A DNA stretch of 63,952 bases, filler included, from Octopus bimaculoides (taxonomy: Eukaryota), in assembly GCF_001194135.2 (NCBI RefSeq). It is 8 parts of 7 records of this genome, joined end to end, with 100 filler letters (N's around TTAATTAATTAA, not from the genome) between each part and the next. Parts side by side here need not be neighbours in the genome. Positions count along the whole stretch, not along the records: positions 45,525 to 53,283 come from NC_068994.1; positions 53,384 to 57,549 come from NC_068982.1; positions 57,650 to 62,629 come from NW_026295550.1; 5 more parts are not named here. The stretch is one strand, 5' to 3'. The translations under genes and the position numbers were made by a program. The notes beneath the pieces were generated by a model. The model was not told where the DNA came from. It ran no database searches and was given only the letters and a program-made list of their open reading frames with translations. This document shows, one piece after another, positions 50,864 to 62,501 of the stretch (position 1 is its first letter; the number at the start of each line of letters is the position of its first letter).

Positions 50864-52844
50864 ATATATATATATATATATATGTCTCCTCAATTCAAAG
50901 ATTTGAGCAAAGTTGGCTCCAACACTGGGACCAAATTCAAGCAAGCATGAAGGCATTCTGGCATAATGCTTCTCCTCGAAATGGAAGCCTTACCTGTCAT
51001 TGTGGTTTTGTGACATGAAACAAAGCAGGCCTTGCCATCCACTCATGAGAATACATAGTGAATGAACCATGAGCACTCAAACAAACAGAGAGTGCTGAAT
51101 TTGTTTCATTTGCCAAAAGATTTGCAAGGCACCAGCAGGCCCCAAGAGACACATTTGTGTCGATAGAACATGATTAATGCCTTATTTTACTGAACCCTCA
51201 TTTGCTGTTAATGAGCCTCCTTCACTCTGATGAAGCTCATGTACCAGATCGGATGTGCTATAGAATATGACGAATATTATTCTCAGAATTTTCTTTGGTA
51301 GCGCTGATAGACATTAGAAGCTGTTATGTCTCAAGCTACTGCAATCTAGCACCTTCGGATGATCTCTACTCAACCGCTACACGACGGCTATTCAACAGTC
51401 ACTCAACTCTCTACCATGGTCAGACTACCTCTATTTATATGTCTTGGGCAATCCTACTTCTTTGCTTGGGGGTGTCGACACAACAGAAGCAGAAACAGCT
51501 CTTAGAAATGATAAAGTTTTGTATTAAAAAATAATAATCGCTGGTAGTCAATTTGTTGATCAAGAATTTTCTCCATTTTCTACTTAATTTATATATTCTT
51601 TCTTTTCTTTTTTTCTTTTATTTGTTTCAGTCATTTGACTGTGGCCATGCTGGAGCACCACCTTTTAGTCGAACAAATTGACCCCACAACTTATTCTTTG
51701 TAAGCCTAGTACTTATTCTATCAGTCTCTTTGCCNNNNNNNNNNNNNNNNNNNNNNNNNNNNNNNNNNNNNNNNNNNNNNNNNNNNNNNNNNNNNNNNNN
51801 NNNNNNNNNNNNNNNNNNNNNNNNNNNNNNNNNNNNNNNNNNNNNNNNNNNNNNNNNNNNNNNNNNNNNNNNNNNNNNNNNNNNNNNNNNNNNNNNNNNN
51901 NNNNNNNNNNNNNNNNNNNNNNNNNNNNNNNNNNNNNNNNNNNNNNNNNNNNNNNNNNNNNNNNNNNNNNNNNNNNNNNNNNNNNNNNNNNNNNNNNNNN
52001 NNNNNNNNNNNNNNNNNNNNNNNNNNNNNNNNNNNNNNNNNNNNNNNNNNNNNNNNNNNNNNNNNNNNNNNNNNNNNNNNNNNNNNNNNNNNNNNNNNNN
52101 NNNNNNNNNNNNNNNNNNNNNNNNNNNNNNNNNNNNNNNNNNNNNNNNNNNNNNNNNNNGTATGTACATACCTTCATCTACATGTAGATATAGATACATA
52201 TCTGGGTACATGACATTGCAAAAAAACATGGACAAAATGATAAACAAGGTACAAAAAACATGCAGGCCACATAGAGAACATATCCTTCATCAGCTGCCAC
52301 CATTAAAATACTGGCGTTTCGAAGAGTTAGGGCAGGACACATTCTTAAAATGGTTCTTCCCACGAACACAAATTAAATTTGTTCCATGGAGGATAGTGGC
52401 GGACGGAAAAAACAAGACAGGAAAACGAAACGGTGAAATAAACAAACAAAAAGGCTGTACAGCCAGACGTGGAGAAGTGTGTGTATATTGAACGCTGTGA
52501 AGCACGAACTGGAGAGGCGAAGAAGTGCGTGCGAAGCTTCGGGAGTCCAAGACTGAAATATATATATATATTGTACTGCTCCATGATAGAAAATTCAGCA
52601 GTGTTACAAAGTTTTATTTGAGGGGATGTTGATAACTATGCAGTTACCATTATCAACCCAAACATTCGCTTCTCTTTCATCTAGTTTATTTGTATTGATG
52701 TTTTTGAGGAATAAATGTGAAAAAGAAAAGTTGAAATATTCCAAGTTTATACTTACTTCCATTTGATTCTTACATATCTGCAAAGACAATTTAAAAATAT
52801 GTTAATATTACACCTTATATCTTATATATACATGTGCTATTTTT

Positions 52845-53070
52845 TTACTACCCACAAGGGGCTACACACAGAGGGGACAAACAAGGACAGACAAACGAAT
52901 TAAGTCGATTAAATCGACCCCAGTGCGTAACTGGTACTTATTTAATCGACCCCGAAAGGATGAAAGGCAAAGTCGACCTCGGCGGAATTTGAACACAGAC
53001 TGTAACGGCAGACGAAATACCGCTAAGCATTTCGCCTGGCGTGCTGACGTTTCTGCCAGCTCACCGCCAT
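52845..53070 (-). mobile_element. SINE family D (GGCGGTGAGCTGGCAGAAACGTTAGCACGCC head)
   Basis: Alignable copies or fragments at 735-945, 1148-1350, 6820-6990, 7030-7220, 11230-11400, 20535-20700, 23270-23410, 23440-23590, 26495-26660 and 33760-33930. Confidence 0.85.
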
Positions 53071-53195
53071 ATATATCTTATATATACATGTGCATGCATG
53101 TGTGTGTGTGTGCGTGTGTGCATGTGCATGTATGTGTGTGAGTGTGCATACATATATATATATATACATATATATATATACATATATATATATAC

Positions 53196-53226
<31 letters not shown>

Positions 53227-53383
53227 CATATATATATATACATATATATATATACATATATATATATACATATATATATATACNNNNNNNNNNNNNNNNN
53301 NNNNNNNNNNNNNNNNNNNNNNNNNNNTTAATTAATTAANNNNNNNNNNNNNNNNNNNNNNNNNNNNNNNNNNNNNNNNNNNN

Positions 53384-53451
<68 letters not shown>

Positions 53452-54973
53452 CGTATGTATCTATATATGTATTTGTGTTTGGCCCCTCACCATCACTTGA
53501 CAACCGATGTTGGTGTGTTTACGTCCCCCTCACTTAGCAAGAGAGACGATAGAATAGTCCTGGCATCGATTTCTTCAATTAAAAACTCCTTAAGGTGGTG
53601 CTCCAGCATGGCCAAAGTCAAATGACTGAATCAAGTAATAGAATATTAAAAAACCGAATAAAAGAATAAATAAAAATAAAAAAGTTAAAAAAAGACAATC
53701 GAACGGACTAGAGTAATGGTTCCATATGGTCCTTGGGGTCGGGGGTCCTTACAATTTTGTTGTTAAACTGATTGTGTTTCTATAATACATAAAATATTCT
53801 TTTATTTTTTTACTTGTTTCAGTCAATTGACTGCGGCCATGTTGGAGCACCGCTTTGAAGGGTTTTTAGTTGAATAAATCATCCCCGGGACTTTTTTTTT
53901 TCTTTGAAGCTTAGTCCTAACTTTAACGATTTCTTTTGCCGAACCGCTAGCTTACGGGGACGCCGGTTGTATGGGGGACAGCTGCAAAGACGCACGCACG
54001 CACACATACAAATACACATACATGTATGTATGTATGTATGTATGTACGTACGTATGTATGCATGTATGTATGTATGTATGTATGTATGTATATGTGTGCG
54101 TGTGTCTGTGTCTGTATACGACGGGCTTCATTCAGTTTCCGTCTGCCAAATCCAGTCGCAAGGTTTTGATCCATCCTAGGCTATATTAGACGATACTTGT
54201 CCAAGCTGCCACGCAGTGGGACTGAACCCGGGACCATATGGTTATGAAGTAAACTTCTTATCACGCGGCCACGCCTGTGCCTCTGAACATTTTTTTAAAA
54301 TACAATCCCTAAAAAAAAAAAATATAGAAGAAATATTTTGACATCGAATGCCGGAGGACCGTTCCCCTGGATGAAACAGGAATCAAAGAAGTCCATAGAT
54401 GAAAAACGGTTGAGAACCACTGGACTACAGTAACAAAAGGAGAACGAAAGTCACGATTGAGAAAAAATATGAAGGAAAAGATACTATGAGTTGCGTCCGT
54501 CCCTTGTAACGTCGAATTCATGACCAGCTATATTTCAACAGCTCTTATTCTGTTCACCTTTGTTGTCTTTCTTTTCTTTTTCATTTTTTTTCTTTCTTTT
54601 TTTACTTTTTGAGAATTTTAAATTAAGTGTTTTTCTCGGAGGAATTTCCAAAAAGTGAAACACAAAGACTTAAAATAGGGGAGAGAGTAAATTTTAAATC
54701 GTTTTTGTATTTGGTTTGCCAGATTGTTGATAGGAATCCGTGTGTTGAAACAGATTGTGTTGCATCTAGAGAGAGTTAGATACAATATTATTAACCAAGT
54801 TAANNNNNNNNNNNNNNNNNNNNNNNNNNNNNNNNNNNNNNNNNNNNNNNNNNNNNNNNNNNNNNNNNNNNNNNNNNNNNNNNNNNNNNNNNNNNNNNNN
54901 NNNGCGTTGTTGAGCACTCATTCATACGTTCTACTTTCACGTGTATATATATAGTTTAAAACAAAACAACATA

Positions 54974-55100
54974 CAGGGTGTCCATAAAGTCTGGGTACAT
55001 GGAGTAAATATTATCTTAGCGTAAACAATTAAATATAAGAAATAATAAATTCTTAAAGTATGCGTTAATCCTCATGTACCCAGACATTGTGGTCACCCTG
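54974..55100. mobile_element. 127-bp Tc1-type MITE with TA target-site duplication; partial copy at 23925-23990
   Basis: TA|CAGGGTGTCCATAAAGTCTGGGTACATG ... CATGTACCCAGACATTGTGGTCACCCTG|TA. Confidence 0.85.
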
Positions 55101-55139
55101 TATATCAGAAATATGCACACTCTAAAGAATAGAGTAGTA

Positions 55140-56070
55140 ATTGTTACAACAAAATTGTATATCTTGGACATAGAGTTACCCAAGACTTCGCATTCACAAA
55201 GCCAAAGCCGTGTATAGCTCGTCAGACTCTATATAACGACAAAGTTTTAAAATTTCTACGTTGCAGACGTGAGGAAACGCTCAGAAATCTGGAAATACAT
55301 CTTAACAAATAAAAAAAAATTAATGAGGACAGGTTATCTCCCCTGAACCAGAGGAAAAGAAATAATTCTTATAGGCCCGAAGAGGCCTAACCAGCAAACG
55401 GGGTGATCCAATTTTCCCGGAAGTAGCGCTTGAAGTGGACATTTAGAAAACACTTCTTTACGACTATTTAACGCGCTAGGTTTCGTAGAGTCCTTAAGAA
55501 TCTTGGCTTTCTCCTCGATGCAGATCTTGCAATGGTCACTACTATTAGTATACGGTATTTTAGTATACAGTATATTAGTATACAGTATATTAGTTTCCAC
55601 CTGATATCACACGGGGGTCCTTGATCTTTGAGGTGCTACACATGGCGGGCCAGGGACGTGACAAACCGACTTTCTGGGACTCTGAAGGATGGCTGGTGGT
55701 TAAGAAAACGCCACTTGAAAGAAGTACTCGCAGATCCAATATATTTACAAACATGGGATGTGGCACTATTCGCACTCCTTATAACATATGGTGCCGGTCA
55801 TCCCATCGGTGTCGAAGATAATTATTTGGTTATCATAATGGTACTGGGAATGGCGGATACCTCCCCCAAATCGCTGGTCTTGGATTGGTCATTATTTCGA
55901 GGTTCGGCGATTATACTGGCAGTAACACACGTTGTGGGCCTGGTCACTCTATTTGTGTCTATGGTTTCTTCATTATCTGTAGTGGAGGTACCAGGGTCTT
56001 CGGTGACGCTCTCTGTGATGCTGGTCTCGGACTGGTTATTATCTCTGTGCGTGGCAATTGTATTGGCGTG
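55140..56070 (-). mobile_element. Penelope-like element: Thr/Ser-rich linker, GIY-YIG endonuclease and 3' region with hammerhead relic (decayed)
   Basis: Minus strand reads KYIGSASTSFKWRFLNHQPSFR...TSLARHV*HLKD...WK...CKICIEEKAKIL...LNSRKEVFSKCP, the PLE GIY-YIG C-terminal pattern. A 15-nt internal triplication lies at ~55547-55592. AGAGU-CUGACGA-GC...GC-GAAG...GUA-ACUCU spans 55233-55169. Confidence 0.85.
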
Positions 56071-56715
56071 AGATCTGGTTAATCTGCTAATATTGCTCCT
56101 GGATGGTACATTACTGTTATTGCGGATAACAGGTCAAGGTATCACTGTAGTCTCATAGACGACCCTTCCAGCCTCTGATCGGCCTCTAACCCCAAATGCT
56201 TCCTGATCGACTCGGCCAAGTCTGAGATTGGCCAGGCAAATGAGTACATATTTAGGAAGATTAATGATGACATAAGAAGACACACTAGTCTCTCTCTATG
56301 GCACAGCACCAATGAGGTAACCTCACGATTTATTGCCTACCAGGGCAGAGGCAGGGCTAGATGTACACAGTTCGACATTGTCGACTTTTATCCATCTATT
56401 TCTAAAGAATCATTGTTGGAGGCACTTTCCTTTGCCAAGGGCTTCACAGATATTAGTAATAGTGATCTTAGAGTTATCATGCATGCCAGGAAGACGGTGC
56501 TTTTCGGCAAAGATTCGACTTGGGTCAAGCAATCTGACCCCGGGGACTCCTTTGATGTAGCTATGAGAGCATATGCCAGCGCCGATGTCTGTGATCTTAT
56601 CCGACAGTACATCGTAGTAGACATCTTAAGGGAGAAGTTTCCCTCACTTCTCTTTGGCCTCTACAGAGGTGACGTCCTAGCCATCTCTAGAGGAGCCAAC
56701 GGCCTACTCCTCTTG
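56070..56715 (+). mobile_element. Penelope-like element reverse transcriptase fragment (decayed)
   Basis: Translates to SNPKCFLIDSAKSEIG...WHSTNEV...QFDIVDFYPSISKESLLEALSFAK...IMHARKTVLF...FDVAMRAYASADVCDLI...GLYRGDVLA. These are the PLE RT motifs FDIxxFYPSI, FDVTMG and GLYRDD, with the catalytic YRDD mutated to YRGD. Confidence 0.9.
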
Positions 56716-57129
56716 TATGTGTGCATTTTATAAGAAAAAAAACATGTAACAATTGAAGTAGAAAAAAGATCAATTTCATACACGAGCTTCTTTTGTTTAT
56801 TATATTGCAATAATAAGTGAGTTGTGTGTGTTATGTTATATATCAATACCGTAACGGCAATTATATAATACACAAGGCTTTGGTCGGTACGGAGCTGTAA
56901 TGAAAGAGAATTGCCCAGGGTGCCGGACAGTGGGACTGAACCCAAGGCGACATGGTCGGAAAGCAAGCTTCTCAACCACACAGCTACGCCTATAAAGGAG
57001 CGATACATTTTGGATAATATACTCCTTGATACAATATGCTTAACAAAAGGATGGAATATTTACGATGAGAAGACCTTTGATTATAATATTTACTCGAGCA
57101 ACGCAACAACTAACAACGCTACACCATAG

Positions 57130-57410
57130 AGAGTGTTCCAGAATTAATTATTTGTTTCAATGAAATTGAACAAATTTTTTAAAAACTGACAGAATTTTAT
57201 GTTTATTACCAAAACAAAGTTTAATAAATCTTACGTCAAACTTTTATTGAAAATGTTCAACATGTCTGTATCCCTGCATACTTCAAAACTCTCCTTAGCG
57301 TTGTGAAACACATTTTGAAGCATTTCAGGAGTTAGCTCCTGCACTGCTAACTGAATGTGCTCTTTAAGCTCAACTAAACGATTGCTCCATCTTGAAGATG
57401 GAGGTAAAGA
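57130..57410 (-). mobile_element. Tc1/mariner C-terminal fragment
   Basis: Minus strand reads LVELKEHIQLAVQELTPEMLQNVFHNAKESFEVC. Confidence 0.55.
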
Positions 57411-58325
57411 AAATGATTGCTGCCAAATTGAAAAAAAAAAGCTGTCACGGACAAATAAGAAGAGTCCAACAGAGATGAAAATAAAATTATAAACGAAATG
57501 TAAAATTTATACACTTTTAACACATATTAAACATGATGAACATAAATAANNNNNNNNNNNNNNNNNNNNNNNNNNNNNNNNNNNNNNNNNNNNTTAATTA
57601 ATTAANNNNNNNNNNNNNNNNNNNNNNNNNNNNNNNNNNNNNNNNNNNNAAAACGGAGAAAATCCAACTTTTGTGGACGTTTCGATCCGAGACCCCATCG
57701 GTGTAAAAAAAAAAAGAAAAAGAAAGGGGGGAGAAATAAGCACTGGGCTCGATTTTTTCGTCTAAAAGCACTCTTGGAGGCAGTGTCCCAGTATGGCCAC
57801 GGTTCAATGACTCAGATAAGAAAAGATAGAGTTATAGAAGGCTGACAGGAAATTAAGTTGACGCAGTCGTGTGAACATAGGAAGTATAATCACCTTGTCA
57901 ATTCGTGGAATTACTTTCAGTTTATTTTTCGCGGAATTATATTCAAGTTATTTTGGGAATTACTTTCAGTTATTCCAGGAATTTCTTTTATTCTCGACCT
58001 CGGAATATAAACTTATTTACAATTGCAAACTTCAAGCACATATTTTTCCAACAGTCAACGTTACGAGGACTGGTGTTTAATTAATTCTACTTGTGTTGTA
58101 TATTGTCCTTATAAATTAGTAATTGTTTTTTTTTTTTCCGGTTTCACAGATTTAGTATTCTAAAAAAAAGAAGTATAATAAATCATAAAACAAGAATAGT
58201 TTGAAATGTGTAATGTATATAGCTGGTATATAGTACCAGGTCAGGTCTCATGAACAAGGTGGAAACAAACTGACTCGTCAAAAATAAAACAAGCCGTTGC
58301 GTTTATACCGGAACATTATCTCTAA

Positions 58326-58350
58326 ATGGCAGCCCATTTCCAATTAGCAG
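58326..58350 (+). CDS. Candidate first coding exon of the C19orf12-like gene (MAAHFQLA + 1 nt)
   Basis: aaATGG start context, 25 nt, then donor CAG|GTAATT at 58351. Phase 1 joins in frame to the 62340 exon (G+CT=Ala). Upstream unique sequence carries CCGGAA and TGACTCGTCA motifs. No homology support. Confidence 0.4.
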
Positions 58351-60027
58351 GTAATTTTGATTCAAACTAATTCGTGTGCGCGATGTTTGTATGTTGGATA
58401 TTTTTATTGACATTTCAGAAGTGTAGGCAAAAATTAAAATGGAAACGACGAAATATTTTCTTTTTCTTTTATTATACTGCTACATTCATAGTTTGTGTAC
58501 ATATGTTTTTACAAGAGCTTTTACTATAATAGGAAGTTACAAAGGTTGTTTCAACTGTGACCATCCTGCTGATATTGTTTAACTCTTGTACAGTTTTATA
58601 TTTGTATCTCAGTTTCTGTTCCTTTTTGTTTCGCTTTTCACTAAACCATTCCACTTTTTATATTTTCGCTTCAGTTTGTTACTTGCACACAATAAGCAAC
58701 ACGTAGTCAAAGCTATTTTTGAAATAATCGTTCCTATTAGAGTATGTTCTTTTACTTTTTGAAGGAAGGACAGTTTCCACGGTAAATTTTGATCCTTTCA
58801 CCTGCACGATTTTCATTAAAAAAAAACTTGAATTTTTTGCGTGGAAACTAAAGGGTTTGATCCGCTGGGAAATAAAAAAATAAATTTTCCGGTTGGAAAT
58901 AAAAATAATAGGTGTAAAACAACTTGCTGGGAACGAATATGTGTGTGCGTGTTTGTGAGTGTGTAATGTGTGACGATGTGAACGTTCCGAGCCCTCTCCC
59001 CACTCCCCCGTTCGCGAGCGCGCGTTTTTTCTTCATATCCCGGAATCATAGGAAATTTTTTTTTTTCGTTGAATGAATTCCAGTGACCCCTAAAATGCTA
59101 CAAATCCCTTTTTTGGGATCCGGAAAACGGGATGGGGTCAGGTGGAAGCCTCGGGAAATTTCATCCCCACCCCCATTGATCTTTTCACCCGCACGATTTT
59201 TCACGGAAAGACTTCCTGTAGTTAATTCTTGCATTATGAGCGAACAGGACACCCAAACAGTCCTGTGTATTGACAAGGGCAGTTTATGTTATCTTTTCTG
59301 GAAGATTTTCACGTCTAGGATTATAAACAACTTTTGGCGGAGTTCTGATCGAAGCACGCTATTTTATCCACCCCTCCCCCGATATTCTCAAATTTTAAGG
59401 GGGTAATTAATATACTAAAAAAAACCCCGATCACTTGGAAGGTAAATAAGTAAGATATTCGGATAAACAAAATGGGATGGGGTGGGTATGGCCCTTTTGG
59501 ATACTCAATTTATATTTTCTAAATGATTGCTTTTCTAGTTTGTCCCAAATCACCCCAATATCTTTAAAATAAAATTTAAAAAATAATAATGATAATAATG
59601 AAATTATTGTAAGTTTGTTCTAAATCATCCCAGCTTCCTTATTCGAATGATGCCCTATTTTTGTTTGTTCCTAAATAATCATTACTCTCTTTTGTATGGG
59701 AGTGGTTGGCGTTAGGAAGGGTATCCAGCTGTAGAAACTCTGCCAAATCAGATTGGAGCCTGGTGTAGCCATCTGGTTTCACCAGTACTCAGTCAAATCG
59801 TCCAACCCATGTCAGCATGGAAAGCGGACGTTAAACGATGATGATGAAAGTGATTTCTTTTGTGCCTATAAACCATTTACCATTTCTGTGGTGCCCCCTC
59901 TTTCCTTGATGCCCTAACCACATGCTTATTTTGCTTAATGGTTAATCGAGTGCTGAGTGCACCACCTCCAGTATTCCTCAGAAGAGGAGAGATTAGTAAA
60001 AAAAGAGCCAAACTAGTTATCCTAAAT

Positions 60028-60248
60028 CTACTCTTTTACTTGTTTCAGTCATTTGACTGCGGCCATGCTGGAGCACCGCCTTTAGTCGAGAAAATCGACC
60101 CCAGGACTTATTCTTTGTAAGCCTAGTACTTATTCTATCGGTCTCTTTTTGCCGAACCGCTAAGTTACGGGGATGTAAACACACCAGCATCGGTTGTCAA
60201 GCGATGGTGGGGGGACAAACACAGACACACACAAACACAGATACACAA

Positions 60249-60283
<35 letters not shown>

Positions 60284-60455
60284 CATATATACGACGGGCT
60301 TCTTTCAGTTTCCGTCTACCAAATCCACTCACAAGGCTTTGGTCAGCCCGAGGCTATAGTAGAAGACACTTGCCCAAGGTGCCATGCAGTGGGACTGAAC
60401 CCGGAACCATGTGGTTGGTAAGCACGCTACTTACCACACAGCCACTCCTGCGCCT
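60028..60455 (-). mobile_element. Bipartite tRNA-derived SINE family B/C with an internal (CA)/(TA) microsatellite
   Basis: Head AGGCGCAGGAGTGGCTGTGTGGTAAG, central microsatellite, and body ending CAGTCAAATGACTGAAACAAGTAAAAG. Similar copies at 26985-27380 (-), 53805-54285 (-) and 41155-41720 (+). Halves at 39732-39880, 42700-42890, 51615-51734, 53480-53640 and 56870-56995. Confidence 0.88.
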
Positions 60456-60494
60456 AATATCTTTTTTTTTTTAATTCATTTTTGTGCATATTTT

Positions 60495-60915
60495 CACCTA
60501 TGGTCACAAATATTGGGTTATGACTAAAGGGGGACAATCACAAATACAAGTGGCCAAAATGGGATTCCTCCAAAATGAAAGGCTTTCTTTCTGGAGTAAT
60601 GTTACTCAACAGGAATGCCCAGCTCAGAGGTCAGACTCTCTCTCCAGGTCAAGCTACTGCTGCACATTGAGAAATCAAGCTCCAGTACTATGGATGTCTG
60701 ATCAAAATATTGCAAAAAAGAAATTGCCTGCCAGATACTTTAAGCCAAGCTTATTGTCAGGAGATCAAGAATGAGTTGGTTAGGTAATATCCTTCGACTC
60801 AGTTGGTCATACTTGGAAAGTTTCCTGATGGTTGCTTCTGATTGGAACCCATGGAAGAAGTGCCTGAAGAGTCTACTCCCATCACTCTCTCAGAAATTGT
60901 GGGTGGAGATAATAG
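60495..60915 (+). mobile_element. RTE-clade LINE 3' fragment (decayed)
   Basis: FTYGHKYWVMTKGGQSQIQVAKMGFL...RMSWLGNILRLSWSYL...WKKCLKSLLP resembles the RTE C-terminus LTYGHELWVMT...IQAAEMSFL...WASLLRLLPP. Confidence 0.75.
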
Positions 60916-60925
60916 ATGGTAATGA

Positions 60926-61108
60926 ATTGCCAGTACCGCCTGACTGGTTCCCATTCTGGTGGAATGTAAAAAGCACCATTCGAGTGTGGTCATTGCCAGT
61001 GCCGCCTGACTGGTTCCTGTGCTGGTGGAATGTAAAAAGCACCATTCGAGTGTGGTCATTGCCAGTGCCGCCTGACTGGTTCCTGTGCTGGTGGAATGTA
61101 AAAAGCAC
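60926..61108. repeat. 66-bp tandem repeat running into an N gap
   Basis: Unit starts at 60926, 60992 and 61058 (attgccagtgccgcctgactggttcctgtgctggtggaatgtaaaaagcaccattcgagtgtggtc). Confidence 0.95.
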
Positions 61109-62339
61109 NNNNNNNNNNNNNNNNNNNNNNNNNNNNNNNNNNNNNNNNNNNNNNNNNNNNNNNNNNNNNNNNNNNNNNNNNNNNNNNNNNNNNNNNNNNN
61201 NNNNNNNNNNNNNNNNNNNNNNNNNNNNNNNNNNNNNNNNNNNNNNNNNNNNNNNNNNNNNNNNNNNNNNNNNNNNNNNNNNNNNNNNNNNNNNNNNNNN
61301 NNNNNNNNNNNNNNNNNNNNNNNNNNNNNNNNNNNNNNNNNNNNNNNNNNNNNNNNNNNNNNNNNNNNNNNNNNNNNNNNNNNNNNNNNNNNNNNNNNNN
61401 NNNNNNNNNNNNNNNNNNNNNNNNNNNNNNNNNNNNNNNNNNNNNNNNNNNNNNNNNNNNNNNNNNNNNNNNNNNNNNNNNNNNNNNNNNNNNNNNNNNN
61501 NNNNNNNNNNNNNNNNNNNNNNNNNNNNNNNNNNNNNNNNNNNNNNNNNNNNNNNNNNNNNNNNNNNNNNNNNNNNNNNNNNNNNNNNNNNNNNNNNNNN
61601 NNNNNNNNNNNNNNNNNNNNNNNNNNNNNNNNNNNNNNNNNNNNNNNNNNNNNNNNNNNNNNNNNNNNNNNNNNNNNNNNNNNNNNNNNNNNNNNNNNNN
61701 NNNNNNNNNNNNNNNNNNNNNNNNNNNNNNNNNNNNNNNNNNNNNNNNNNNNNNNNNNNNNNNNNNNNNNNNNNNNNNNNNNNNNNNNNNNNNNNNNNNN
61801 NNNNNNNNNNNNNNNNNNNNNNNNNNNNNNNNNNNNNNNNNNNNNNCAATGGAACTGCCTGCTCGTGAAATTAACGTGCAAGTGGCTGAGCACTCCACAG
61901 ACACGTGTACCCTTAATGTTGTTCTCGGGGATATTCAGTGTGACACGGCTGATCCTTTGAATTACAGGCACAACAGAAACAGGAAGAAAGAGAGAGAAAG
62001 TTGTGGTGGAAGAGTACAGCAGGGTTCGCCACCATCCCCTGCCAGAGCCTCGTGGAGCTTTAGGTGTTTTCGCTTAATAAACACCCACAACGTCCGGTCT
62101 GGGAATCGAAATCTCGATCCTATGACCGCGAGTCCGCTGCCCTAACCTCTGGGCCATTGCGCCTCCACTCCTTTATATTATATCAACTGTGAACCACAGC
62201 TGAGGTTTTGTTTACTGTGAACATGTATTATGTTATGTCAATTGCAAAATAAAAGTGTGTTCTGTAATGTTTAGTCATTGGCGTTTTTGTATTTTACATC
62301 ATATTTTATTGTTTCTTTGGTTTTTTCATTTTCTTTTAG

Positions 62340-62501
62340 CTTCAATACTTAGTAATCGAGAGGTTTTAGACTTACTGTATATTATATCCGATGATGAAGA
62401 TCTTTCTGTTACAATCAATGAAAGCATGAAGGGTGCTACATTAACAGGACTTACAGCTTTTGTTGGGGGTCTGTTCCTTGGACCTCCTGGATTTGCTATT
62501 G
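62340..62501 (+). CDS. C19orf12: Internal exon of a C19orf12/Nazo-like membrane protein
   Basis: Acceptor ttttcttttAG at 62338-62339. It reads SILSNREVLDLLYIISDDEDLSVTINESMKGATLTGLTAFVGGLFLGPPGFAIG, matching the family glycine-zipper segment (human [25 protein letters not shown]). Phase-1 donor G|GTAAGT at 62502 falls in the Gly of GFAIG, which from my recollection is the same intron position as in human (after c.193). The 162-nt exon is phase 1/1. The next exon was not found in the window. Confidence 0.88.

Larger units (their letters stand above)
45595..52836 (+). repeat. Local low-copy array of an AT-rich segment (four partial direct copies)
   Basis: Alignable blocks at 45595-46090, 47378-48530, 49880-50240 and 52570-52836, e.g. 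ataaatgtgaaaaagaaaagttgaa...aatatgttaatattacacc.tatatcttatata. Confidence 0.85.
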
